Assembly (NCBI RefSeq): GCF_001194135.2
Contig: NC_068982.1
Location: 86,011,553 to 86,075,552 of the forward strand
Origin: Octopus bimaculoides
Lineage: Eukaryota
Reading direction: 5' to 3'
Length of the DNA stretch: 64,000 nt
The notes under the pieces are model-generated. The model had not been told where the DNA came from. It searched no databases and saw only the letters and a list, made by a program, of their open reading frames with translations. A program made the position numbers and the translations under genes. Every line of letters begins with the position of its first letter. Position 1 is the first letter of the stretch. Shown in pieces: positions 1-11,949 of this stretch.

Positions 1-189
1 ACTTTTTCCTCTCATACAATCAGCTGTTTTGGCCTTTGTCCATTTTTTTCTCCTGTATATGTTACAAAAATAAAAATCAGTTGTAATGCCATTAGCTCCT
101 TCTGTGGCAAAGGAAATATTATTGTCTGTTACATCCTCAATGTCTTGTACTGCCACCACCTTGATCTTCTGAATCCAGAAGAATCAGGA

Positions 190-1500
190 TCATGTTCAAG
201 GGAGAGGTAGAGAGATGGGTTGAGGAGGGTATTTTAATCCCTTGGAAGAAGGAAGTAAAGAGCAGAGTGTTGCTGCTAATGGTAGTGGTGCAATCAATGA
301 AAGGCAAGGTCAGGACTTTTGAGAGCTGAATGACTATGTATTGTACCACATGGGTAGTGAAGCTGCCAGTGTCTGTAGGGAAACATTACAAGAATGGAGA
401 CAGACAATGAGGGCTTCAACAATCATTGACTTGAAGTTAGCATATTTGCAGCTACATGTGGCTGAGAATTTATGGAAATATCAACTGGTAAGACAAAAGA
501 TCCAGATGTACTGCTTAACCAGGCTGGATTTTGGGTTGAATTCAGCACTAAAGATCATGGCAACAGTCCTCAAATCTATTCTGGGAAAAGTGGACAAGTT
601 GAAAAAGTTGTAAAGAGACGAGGTAGACATACTGGTATTTTAGAGAGGAAATGAGGAACTGGGTACCAGCATGAACAAACAAGAACTGTTCTTAATGTGT
701 AGGTGACTGGTGGGTCACTACTCAATCAAGAGGCAGCTCCAAACAGTGTGTAGCTATATCAAGAGACGAGTGGATAGGTTGAGCTGGGGAGGGGGGCAAA
801 GTAGGAGAGAAGACAGTGGCTATGATGCAAGAGATCCTGGAGAGGGTAAGAGGAGAAGTTGGTAGGTATGTGAATTGGAGAACAAGCATAGTGATAAGGG
901 TTATTCTGGAAATAGAGGCACTGAGGTGAAGGAAACAGCATGGTTCAGGAAAATGGATGATTGCAACCACATCAATGTGGCTGAATTGGATGCAGTGTTG
1001 AAGGGAGGGAATTTGGCTCTGAGATGGGAGCTGTGTACTATCAAAATCTGAACTGATTTCATCACTGTGTTTGGATGGGTGCGATCAGTAATTACTGACA
1101 ATAGGAGGGAATGAACAAAAGGTGAGACAGAGATGTAAATAAAGAGCTACTTTGGGATTCTGGGAGAGCTAGCTGTTGTATTCAGTTTGAAATTGAGCAT
1201 GGTCTTTGTGTCCCCAGAAAGGAATAAGGTGGACATCCTAATCATGGTGAAGAAAATTTGGTTGATAGTACCAGAGGATTCAGAGTGAGGGATAGCTGCA
1301 GTGTTGGTTAAGTATCTTGGAGGTCAGGAGACTGCATGCCATGGGCTGTCAGATAGAATGGACATGTGTAGCCATGTGAATAGAGAGAATTTTCTGTTAG
1401 GTTCTGGCCAGAGATTAAGCTGGTAGGGTACCTACAGATATTAACTGTTAGAAAAAGATCAATGCCATGAAAGAACAAACAAGGTAGATAAATTATGCTT
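190..1500 (+). mobile_element. Internally deleted Ty3/Gypsy pol relic (RT, RNase H, integrase start), same family as 22947-26783
   Basis: ORF 341-613 (ASTIIDLKLAYLQLHV...YCLTRLDFGLNSALKIM) closely parallels ORF 24291-24731; shared downstream RKMDDCNHINVAELD-type segment. Confidence 0.85.
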
Positions 1501-1650
1501 TCTTTCCCCATACTGCACTCACACAATGTAATATTATTACTTTCTTTCTTGTTTCTTTCCTTTAGAAATTCAGTATATTTTACTTAATATACATAACTTT
1601 TAATTTTGAAAAGCTTGTAAGGAATCACGATACCTTACAATAACATCTAA

Positions 1651-1830
1651 ATCATCATCATCATTTAACATCTGTTTTCCATACTGGCAAGCCAGAGAGC
1701 TATACGAGGCTCTAGCTTAATTTGGTATGGTTTCTATGGTTGGATGCCCTTCCTAATGCTAACCACTTTACAGGGTGTGCTAGGGGCTTTTTATGTGGCA
1801 CAACACAAGTGGCACTGGCATGAGTGCTTT
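1651..1830 (-). mobile_element. RTE-LINE 3' UTR / tail fragment
   Basis: (CAT)n tail and ggatgcccttcctaatgctaaccact match the reverse complement of the tail at 18500-18686. Confidence 0.75.
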
Positions 1831-1957
1831 TTATGTGGCATGGCACAGAACTCTTATATATATATATATATATGCACACATGCATGTACACACACACATG
1901 CATGTACACACACACATTTGAGTTGTTATAAAAGAAGTTTGTGGATCAGGTGGCCTA

Positions 1958-1997
<40 letters not shown>

Positions 1998-2029
1998 ACT
2001 GCAATAAATAATGTATTTATATTCAGGTA

Positions 2030-3110
2030 CCACACCCCTCAAAATTCCAGTGCATCTTCTGCACCTCAAAAACACTGCAGAGGTCTTCTTCTTGAAGACC
2101 ATCTAATATTACTTGAAATTTATTTCAGATTTCCTGTCATCTTCTTCAGCTTCAATTCCATTTGAGGAAATACAGCAAAATCATAGGGGGGTAAGTCAGG
2201 CAAGTATGAAAGGTATAAAGCTCATTACTTTGGTCTTTGTTAAAAACAGCATCATCTTGAGAGAGGTGTAAATGGGAATGTTGTTATGATACAACAGCCA
2301 ATTGCAGTTGTGCCATAATTATACTTGCTTTCATCACATGTCTCTCAAGCATCTCAAATATAGCAGTAAAAATTTGAACTCATTGAACTGCTGAGAAGAA
2401 CAAATTCATGATGAGAAATGCCCTTAACATTGAAAAGAAGTGACAACCCAACTTTTCAATACAGTTTGGATTTACTGTGCTTTCTTTGGTCTTGACAGAC
2501 CCTTCCACTGTGATGACTACTGTTTTATTTCTGAAGTGCAGTCATAAACTAAATTTACATCATTGTGATGATTCTAGTGATGAAAATTGGGTCATTATTA
2601 TCCTCCTTACAAAGCTCAAGACATGATATACTAGGTTTTGATTGTATGCCATAAGCAAGAGGACAAACATCACACCAACACAATGCATGGAAATCTTATG
2701 GCAGACTTCATAAATGATTTTAATCATGTGACAAAGCTGGTAACAGTCCTTTTTGATGAGTTCAAGAATCTTTTTCACATTTTCTGGCATTTTGCTATGA
2801 ATTGGTCTCATTGAACACCCATCATCTTGAACCAATGTCAAATGTGGATTCTCGAGTTATGCGTTTTTTAGGGGTTTGTTTCCACAAATTTAAGTAGTGA
2901 AACCTGGAGTTATTGCCCTTTACTGTGAACACCTGGATAGTTTTGTTTGCGTGCTTGCTTGTGTGCATGCTTGTCTGTAATTTAATACAGTCAAACTGGC
3001 GCATAATGGGAAAATACTTTGAAAGTAAGGTTCCACTGAAATGTGAATACAAACGGAATAAAACAAGTTTTGTGTGAATCGGATCACGGGTTCCCGAGAT
3101 ATGCAGTTTT
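2030..3110 (-). mobile_element. Decayed mariner transposase relic
   Basis: Minus strand gives YLPDLPPYDF (YSPDLAP-like) near 2170-2200 and a PIFITRIITM-like first-Asp region near 2560-2600; many stops. Confidence 0.7.
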
Positions 3111-3204
3111 TTGGGTATCTTGAATTATTGGTGACTCAAAGGGTCACAGGTAGTCTGGTCATCATTATTATTGCTGCTGCTGCTTCTGGCAAATAGTACA
3201 TAAT

Positions 3205-3950
3205 TTCATTAGTATTAAATAGCCTGTTAATTTTTTGGTAGTTTTTGTCTAGTGTTTAATTGTAATCACTAATTTTACAGTCCTAATACGTATCTGCATT
3301 AGTAGTAAATAACTTGCTAATTCTTTGATAGTTTTGTCTAGTTTTTAATGACAATTCCTATTTTTACAGCCTTAATATGTATTTTTGTTAGTAGTAAACA
3401 GCTTACTCTTTTACTCTTTTACTTGTTTCAGTCATTTGACTGCGGCCATGCTGGAGCACTGCCTTTTAGTCGAGCAAATCGACCCCAGGACTTATTTTTT
3501 GGAAGCCTAGTACTTATTCTATCGGTCTCTTTTGCCGAACTGCTAAGTTACGGGGACGTAAACACACCACCATCGGTTGTCAAGCGATGTTGGGGGGACA
3601 AACACAGACACACAAACACATACATATATATACGACGGGCTTCTTTCAGTTTCCGTCTACCAAATCCACTCACAAGGCTTTGGTCGGCCCGAGGCTATAG
3701 TAGAAGACACTTGCCCAAGGTGCCACGCAGTGGGACTGAACCCAGAACCATGTGGTTGGTAAGTAAGCTACTTACCACACAGCCACTCCTGTGCCTTGTT
3801 AATTTTTTCGGTAGTTTTCATCTAACATTTAATAGCAGTCACTATGTTTACTGCTTTAATACATATTTTCATTAGTAGCAATTAGCCTGTTAATTCTTTA
3901 GTAGTTTCCATTTAGTGTTCAACAGTAATGGCTGTGCTTGCAGCTCTATC
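3205..3950. repeat. ~90-bp degenerate tandem repeat (about 4 units) interrupted by a SINE
   Basis: Unit start attagtagtaaatagcctgttaattttttggtagtttt recurs at ~3209, ~3299, ~3388 (resuming ~3797) and ~3871. Confidence 0.7.
3404..3796 (-). mobile_element. tRNA-derived SINE (octopus-type, CORE-like body), near full length
   Basis: Minus head aggcacaggagtggctgtgtggt...ggttcagtccc (A/B-box-like), accttgggcaag core, (CA)n middle, tgactgaaacaagtaaaag tail; homologous to 43713-44152. Confidence 0.9.
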
Positions 3951-4097
3951 TTATTAAGAAAATAGTAATGTTTATGGACCATTTTATCTCTTTCTCTTGC
4001 CCATCCTGCTTTACTGCCAACTCTTTGTTCTCCTAGCAGCTCAAAACCACCCTTTCCTTTTTGTGTATAAGCACAATGCATGTGTGTGCGTGCACAT

Positions 4098-4145
<48 letters not shown>

Positions 4146-4717
4146 NNNNNNNNNNNNNNNNNNNNNNNNNNNNNNNNNNNNNNNNNNNNNNNNNNNNNNN
4201 NNNNNNNNNNNNNNNNNNNNNNNNNNNNNNNNNNNNNNNNNNNNNNNNNNNNNNNNNNNNNNNNNNNNNNNNNNNNNNNNNNNNNNNNNNNNNNNNNNNN
4301 NNNNNNNNNNNNNNNNNNNNNNNNNNNNNNNNNNNNNNNNNNNNNNNNNNNNNNNNNNNNNNNNNNNNNNNNNNNNNNNNNNNNNNNNNNNNNNNNNNNN
4401 NNNNNNNNNNNNNNNNNNNNNNNNNNNNNNNNNNNNNNNNNNNNNNNNNNNNNNNNNNNNNNNNNNNNNNNNNNNNNNNNNNNNNNNNNNNNNNNNNNNN
4501 NNNNNNNNNNNNNNNNNNNNNNNNNNNNNNNNNNNNNNNNNNNNNNNNNNNNNNNNNNNNNNNNNNNNNNNNNNNNNNNNNNNNNNNNNNNNNNNNNNNN
4601 NNNNNNNNNNNNNNNNNNNNNNNNNNNNNNNNNNNNNNNNNNNNNNNNNNNNNNNNNNNNNNNNNNNNNNNNNNNNNNNNNNNNNNNNNNNNNNNNNNNN
4701 NNNNNNNNNNNNNNNNN
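4146..4717. other. Assembly gap (others at ~7392-7401, 21005-21147, 22537-22945, 25955-25964, 27337-27842, 37171-37219, 59252-59261)
   Basis: N runs, mostly abutting (TA)n microsatellites. Confidence 0.98.
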
Positions 4718-5150
4718 ATGCATAGGATCTTGATATCATCAGAACACATAACTGTATAAAAAGTCCAAGAAATAATTGAAAAAATCCCTGGAAAGTCATT
4801 CAGAGCCATTGCAAAGGATCTCGAGGTTTCAGAGTGCACCCTCAGAAGAGTTGTGCATGAGGACATCCGGTACAAATCATTTTTGATGGATGCATGCCAA
4901 TCTCTATGATCATGTTCTCCCAGATACACGGCCTCCTAGCTCACCAGACCTCAATCAACTGGACTATTATATATGAGGCATAAGTCGAGAGAGAGGTCAA
5001 TCAACACCTCCATAACATCATACAATCTTTCAAGTCTGCCATAACGAGCACTATGTTCAAAATTGATAAAGATCATCTGATTCAGGATGTCAATGTTTCC
5101 AACTCTGTACTGAAGCAGCCATTGATGCTAACAGTGAATTCAATGAATAG
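4718..5150 (+). mobile_element. Tc1/mariner transposase relic
   Basis: PPSSPDLNQLDY motif near 4930-4970; HTH-like segment upstream; IDANSEFNE* terminus similar to the 8001-8710 copy. Confidence 0.7.
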
Positions 5151-5279
5151 GTGTGATAAAAGGATTCTCAAGATTATTTGTACCAACTTGTTTTTATATA
5201 CAACTTTTCTTTTATGAGCTATGCATCTTTTTCTAAATTCATACAAATGACCTCAAAAAACTGATGCATTCCGTACATA

Positions 5280-6340
5280 TATCATCATTTAATGTCTGTT
5301 TTCCATGCCGGCATGGGTTGGATGGTTTGACAGGAACTGGTCAGGCAGAAGGCTGCACCAGACTTCTGTGTTTGTTTTGGCATGGGTTTTTATGGCTGGA
5401 TACCCTTCACCAACCACTTCACAAAGAGGACAGTGCTTTTTAGGTGGCACCAGCAGAGGCAAGGTCAGTTTTGGCATGGTTTTTACAGCTGGATGCCCTT
5501 CCAAATACAAACTGCTTTACAATGTGGACTGGATGCTTTTTACATGGCACCAGCAGTGGCAAGGTCACCAAGTAACTTGCAAGACAAAGAATCTTTGAGA
5601 GAGAAGGAGGCATTGGAGGAGGTGGTCTTGTGTCAGAAGATGAAAGGTTAGAGTGTGACAGAGAGACAGAAACAGGTGTCTTGCTGTAAAGGTACATGGA
5701 GAGAGAGAGAGAAAGAGAGAACTGAACTCCTACTTGTATGCCAAATTCATCACTGCATTGATGGCTGACTCTCACCTTACTGACAGCATCACTGTACATG
5801 GCTTGTACAGCTCTAACAAGCCACTCCTCTACTCCTAGCTTCCATAGAGACCGCCAGTGTGTTCATAGAATATACTACTCCAGGTGCATCTATCATACAG
5901 GGAGTTTATGCTCTTTGTTAGTCTGCTTGATTCCACTACATCTTTTGTGTGTCCATAGCTTACATTGAGTGCAGTATACAGAATTTATACCTACTTCAGC
6001 ATATCAGGCAAAGTTGTTCCTCTGAAGGTACAAGGGTGGTGCCTCCTTTCTTACATTCTAAAAGTTTTGTCTTAGCTAAGTTTACTATGATACCTCACAA
6101 TTCCAAATTTAGCCCCCATGACTGGGATTTCCTCTCTAATTCCCGTCTGGATTCAGTTATGAGCACTAGATCATCAGCACATATGAGTTGTCATGCACAA
6201 CTAGCTTTAAACTCCTCTGTAATGGTCTGTGGTACTATGATTAAGAGGAAGAGACTCACAACTAAACCTTGATGGACTCCAGCCCTCACACTAAAGACTT
6301 CAATGAAGTTGACTCCCACTTTACTTACACCATCTGGATC
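5280..6340 (-). mobile_element. 5'-truncated RTE LINE (RT fragment plus 3' UTR)
   Basis: Minus strand GVHQGLVVSLFL (RT, GVHQGSVLSP-like) near 6250-6280; family 3' UTR and (GAT)n tail at 5280. Confidence 0.8.
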
Positions 6341-6349
6341 TCTTCAGTT

Positions 6350-7965
6350 TCGCTCACTGATTTTTAAATTATATCTTTTAACTGAATAGTTTGAAACTTC
6401 GTATACTGGTGTAATTTCTCACACTTAGCATGGTTTACCTTCAGCAATTTTGACATAATTTCGTATTTTAGAAGTTATTTTGTGTTAAAGTTGTGTTTGG
6501 GTAATTTTAACAAACCAACGTGTGTTCAGCTGAAGAAAGCTAGTAATTGAAGAGCAACAACTTCCAGGTCGTTTCTACTAAATGTCACCACTCTGTTCTA
6601 TTTTATTTTTATTTACTGTCTGTGTTGCATATTACATGCTTTGCTTCCTTTTTTTATTTTGCTTTTTGATCACCTCTTTGTATGAATGGTGAAAATGCAA
6701 ATGTACAAAGAGGCGATTGAAAAGCAAACAAAGCATGTAATATGCAACACAGGAAGTAAGCAAAAATAAAATACAACAGATTGGTGAAAATAATCACAAA
6801 ATTAACACAGGCAAATGTACAAAGAGGCAATCGAAAAGCAAAAAAAGGGCATGTAATATGCAACACAGACAGTAAACAAAAATAAAATAAAACAGAGTGG
6901 TGACATTTAATAGAGATGACCCAGAATTTGTTGCTCTTCGATTACTATCGCAAACAGCAGTAGCTTTCTTCAGCTGAATACACATTGTTGTTTTGGTTAA
7001 AATTACCCAAATTTGACAATTTTAATATGAAACTAGCACTATAGCCCAGCTTTGCTCGGGATTAAGTTAGGATTACCTGAGTAATACCATCAATTGAGGC
7101 AAATTTGGCACCCGGACATAAGTTTTGTAAGAGGAATAGAGAGGCCTATCTTCTCCCGCAGAGATGTGAGAGTCAGATCTCTCCTTTCGAAAACATGAAC
7201 AGTTTTGTAACATTGTTTACAAAATAATAGCTGATTGTTTGTGAAAGAGCATGTCTACAGTCAACACTTATGATTTTTGCTCTGGTAACTTCTGCTCTCT
7301 TCCATGTTCATGCACGACCAAGCTATATGTCGCTATGAGTAGAGCAACGGATTCAGCAAATTTGGAAATTAGTTGTGGAGAAACGGAGAATNNNNNNNNN
7401 NACACGTACGTACACCTATTGCATACATGTTCGTGTGTGTGTGTGACTGAAGCCATTCACACATACATACATAACAACTCCTGTCTGTCTGTTTTTGTCT
7501 GTCAATCACTCACTAAAAAGATGAAATTTTAAAAATCTGTTATCTCTCTCTCTCTCTCTGTCTTTACACCGTCACTAGAAGGGGACTTAATTCATGTTTG
7601 CAAATGCTGGTGTATTTCTCCAACTTGAAAATTGTTAGAAGTTATGGTTTAAAATTATTTTTAATGCAAAAATTCACCCCTTAGGAAGCAAAAAATAAAA
7701 AAATAAATGGCTGATTCCAGGCATTTTCGACCATAAGGAATCCATTGGTGCGACTCCCAGATTGCTATCATGTAAGGTGTGTATTTCTATAGATGCAACA
7801 CACATACACACAGACACACTCACAAACTCAGCTTTACAATATGTACTGATAACTTCTAAAATATGAAATTTTGTCGAAAATGTTGAAAGTAAACCATGCT
7901 CAGCATGAGAAATTACACCAGTATACGAAGTTTCAAACTGTTTAGTTAAAAAAATATTTTTTTTT
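6350..7965. mobile_element. Foldback (palindromic) non-autonomous DNA element; right arm split by an insertion
   Basis: 6380-6480 is the reverse complement of 7850-7950, and 6490-6650 of 6835-7015; centre has a duplicated ~85-bp unit (6697-6780, 6811-6900). Confidence 0.75.
7032..7848 (+). mobile_element. Non-autonomous Helitron/Helentron-like insertion with Pif1 helicase remnant
   Basis: 5' actagc...cccagctttgctcggg subterminal inverted motif; frameshifted (F.H.Q)LYVAMSRAT near 7305-7350 (Pif1/RepHel FSHGQLYVA.SR motif); 3' (CA)n then ctttacaatatgtactgat end. Confidence 0.65.
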
Positions 7966-8000
7966 ACTAAATATGAAGTATTTACTAAAGAGTAAATCTA

Positions 8001-8707
8001 TTAAATACAATTGCCATTGGCATTAACTACCGCCTCCAATGACTTCGGAATCTCCTGCAACTCTTCTGGTTGGTCTCCTTGTTTAAGTTGGTGAATGCTG
8101 CCATAATCCTTATCTTCAGTACATCTTTGGTTTATAAGGAGTTTAGTTGGTCTCTCGCTCAACTGCACCCCACACATAACAATCAAGTGGGTTGCAGTGT
8201 GGGGAGTTAGAGGTGATGTGGTTGCAGTGTGGGAGATGTTTGGGGTGATGTGGTTGCAGAAATTGTCTGACAGCCATCTGGGTTCTCCTGCTTGTGTGGT
8301 ATGGTGCAGAGTCCTGTTGCTAGACATAGGGTCTTCTAGTAGCTACCTTCTTGAACCAGGGTAGCACTACCTCCTCCAGGCTCTTGATGTAGGCCTCTGT
8401 GTTGAGTCTGAGGCTGTGTGGGAAGATAAATAGAAGTATAACATCACCATCACTAGTGATCACTCCAAACACCATGATATTGACTGGATGTTTGATTTTT
8501 ATCACTCTTGGTACATGTCCTCAGATTGACACCCAAACACTCTGAAATGTTTGTACTGGAGCTTCCAGCGTGAATGCCAAGCAGTACAGCATGTTATTTC
8601 CAAATTCCTAGCAGAGTGAATTGTGTCATGGTGCTGTTTTTCTCAGACATTGCCCAACTGACCCTACTATCAAAAATATAAAATGGTGACAATTTACACA
8701 TTGTACC

Positions 8708-8710
<3 letters not shown>
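8001..8710 (-). mobile_element. Tc1/mariner relic with 5' TIR
   Basis: ORF 8320-8505 KHPVNIMVFGVITSDG...LNTEAYIKSLEEVVLPW is a Tc1-like catalytic region; minus-strand terminus cagggtacaatgtg next to TA. Confidence 0.8.
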
Positions 8711-8764
<54 letters not shown>

Positions 8765-9104
8765 AACACACTTTGTTGCTTAATGTACATACACACACAC
8801 ACATGTTGCTTTATAGTGAATGTACGAAAAATGTTGTTCAATATATAGTGGAGAAAATATGGGTTTCTTTTAATTGAAACTGAAACTGAGAGTTTGTTTC
8901 GCCTGAATAATGCAGTGACACGAAACACAAGTCAGAAAAAAACTCTCTGCTACAGTTTCTGGAAAAAAACCACAATATATATGTGTGTGTATGTGTATAA
9001 AGAGAGAGAGAGAGAGTGGTAGTAATGGAGGTCAATACAATTAGTTTTGATATATTTACATGGAGCACAAAAAATACAGGATAAAATACAAAGAAAATAT
9101 GTAA

Positions 9105-11090
9105 TTTCTTAAGTCAACAGCTGTTTCAGGAGGTCCAGAGTTATGTAATAATCATAATTATTATTTGCAGATGAAATGTGAAAAAAGTCATGAGTATGTA
9201 ACCAGTTACATGATGATATTAAGAGCAGGAATTTATGTACCCTCCTGTAACAAGGAACTGCATAGGAATTATAAGCATGCTAACCAAAATGATTTTAAGG
9301 ATATCAATGACCTCCACTGTAAGTTGATTATGACCTTGGACTACTTGACCGAGTGGAATCTTATACACCTTGACCCCTCCCCTTCACTCTGAAGAACCAT
9401 AAGCCTTCAATGAATCTTCAATTAGGCTTATTTGTCCCACTAAATCTGATTTGGGTCACATTACTAAATGAATTATTGACTGGATTATACACTTAGTGAA
9501 GAATAAAGTTAAGCTTTCCTTTTGGAACAGTACTGGTGATGTCATCACCTGGTTCCACTATCTTTCTAACAAATCTCATGCATACTTTTTTCAGTTTGAT
9601 ATATTGAAAAATCATGTTTCCATATCCTCCATTCTACTAAATAAGGCCCTAACTTTTGCTTCTCTCTCTCTCTTGGCTGGATATCAACATTATCTTAGCA
9701 GCTAGAAAAACACTTCTGTCTTTTAATAACAAATATTGGTCCTGTAATTCCTCTACAGACCTCTTTGATATTACAATGGATTCCTTGGACTCTGCTTGGG
9801 TTACAGACCTGGTTGGACATTTTCTTCTCTCTCAAATATACAATGCCTACCTAGCCTATCTCAAGGTTTATACAAGGATAATTCTCTCCTCACAGCCACA
9901 AATATGTCTTGGTTGTCTGTTGAATGCACCTAGAAGGTGCTCCACAAGTGTTTTAAAAATTATAATCTATCTCATTCAAAAACAGTAATAAAGTAGCTAA
10001 CTCCTTAGATGCTAATGTCTATTACTCTTACAATAAGTCAGTAGAAAATCCCCTGCAGTCAACACTTGTCCAGCATTCTAGCTGTCCCAGAAATTGAATA
10101 ATCTTCAACCTCCCCAGGTTGGCCAGCTCAATGCTACACCAGGTTTTAAAACCTCCAGGGACAGAAAGGAGATCTTATGGCTTGCATCCCCATTTCCTCT
10201 TCAATTAAAATCTTTACCCAAGCCATTTTTTGAAATCCTAAGATCTGATTTCCCATCACACCATAAATATTACCCCACCTTCAACAAATCTCATACTCTA
10301 CAACCCCTAACTGGGAATCTATGATAGATGCAAACTCAGCTGTGTTGTGGGCTCTATGAACTGCTCATCTGACCCCCACCCTGACCTAGGAGATACTAAT
10401 GCTATAAGTTTCAAGAATCCTACCCACTTTAACAATAGTGATACTAGTGCCATTGCCCTTTGTGTAACCATAAACTTGTGACTATAGTAATGCTCTCTCC
10501 CATATAATTTTTAGTATGGATACTAGAAATTATAACACCTTTGGTCCTATGTCAGGGGTAACTGGTTGTGTGAATCAGCATGTGTGGAGATTAAATATAA
10601 GCCCACCAATAGAGGGAAAAACCTGTAATTGTCAGATCTCCCTACTATGTCTGTTAGATGGATTTTGTTTACACTATAATGTGATATATGTTGGGTCCTA
10701 ACCCCACATTCCCACCAGGTTTGGGTTTACATTGGTGACACTGTTGATTTCAAGTATTGCTACGAGGCTCACCTGGGCTCATTCTCAAGTAGACCCTCTC
10801 AACTATCGACTTTCCTAGCTACATATATACACCACCTCTAGTCCCAGACATTCCCTATACTTTGTCCTGCTTCGAAGTTTGAGAGGATACTCCACATAAT
10901 GCTAACCATCACGTTTGTAATTTATGTTGTTGGGAATTGCTTGCTATTCTACACCATTTATATGACATATTCTTCTCATGTGAACATAAGTTTTATTTCA
11001 CATTTTCTCATTATGTTAAGTCTTTATTATTTTCCCTAAATGTGGCTGAATCTCCTTACTATCTCCAAACATGTAAGCACCAATTTTCAC
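9105..11090 (+). mobile_element. Decayed Penelope-like retroelement (RT plus GIY-YIG remnant)
   Basis: WNSTGDVITWF...FFQFDI and RKTLLSFNNKYW...LFDITMDSLDSAWVTDLVGHFLL resemble PLE RT motifs (FDVTMGSYDGAEVCELVG); YIGDT...FK near 10730. Confidence 0.75.
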
Positions 11091-11949
11091 TCTCCTTGTA
11101 GCATGTACTCTTTCTGGGTTGTTCCATGCAAAATCACTCAAGTGCTGGAGGTGATTGACACTGATTTCTTTCAAACTTTGCATGCTAAATGGCCTTCTTC
11201 TGAAACCTTTAAATGTAATTTTTTTTTTTACTTGACTCCAATATTAGTTGAGTTTATAACCATTTGAAATTTTCAAAAAAGTGACATTTTTTCAGTTACT
11301 CAAACTTTGAGATATCATATCTCAGCTACTATTGGAGCTAGAAAGGTCAATTTTTGTTTTTCATTTTAAAATATCTAAATAGGTCTACAACTTTTGTTTA
11401 GTGAATGTTTTCCTTACAATAAAAGTAAAAAAGTTGACCTAAAACTTTACCTTTGACCTTTCATAGGTCAAAAGATGTGGTCATTGATTTTTTTGGAACT
11501 TTGTCCAAATATTGCCCTACCTAGCCACAACTCACATACAAAAATTCATACTGGGATCTCGGTGGGAGATGTAGTTATAAGGTCTTCTAATAACTATGAT
11601 TCATGTTATACAGCCAAATTAAATTACTTAATTCTTAATTTTTTTCAGATTAGATATATATGACCATTTTAGTTAATTCCTAGTTACAGAAGGATCAAAA
11701 GAAAGATTTTTTTAGCTAAGCAAGAAAAGTGTTGTGACCCATTTAAAAAGCATAGAGCACCTGTGAAAAGGGGTTTAAGAACAATAACAGCAGATTTTGC
11801 AACAAAATATCCTAAAGCAAGGACAAAAAATATGTGACTTTTGCAGAAAAACTTTGCCCACATTTCAAATTGAACCATCATAGAAGATACGAGAGAGGAT
11901 ACATCAACTACCACTGAAGCGACTTCATCAACAGATGTCTTCGTAGAAG

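Noticed and set aside
1-55. Acceptor-like site on the minus strand running off the window
   Set aside because: Only one open frame, no donor visible and no homology.
3997-4929. Long ORFs spanning N runs (also 22370-23236 and 27250-27966)
   Set aside because: Their length comes from untranslatable gaps and (TA)n tracts giving IYIY repeats.
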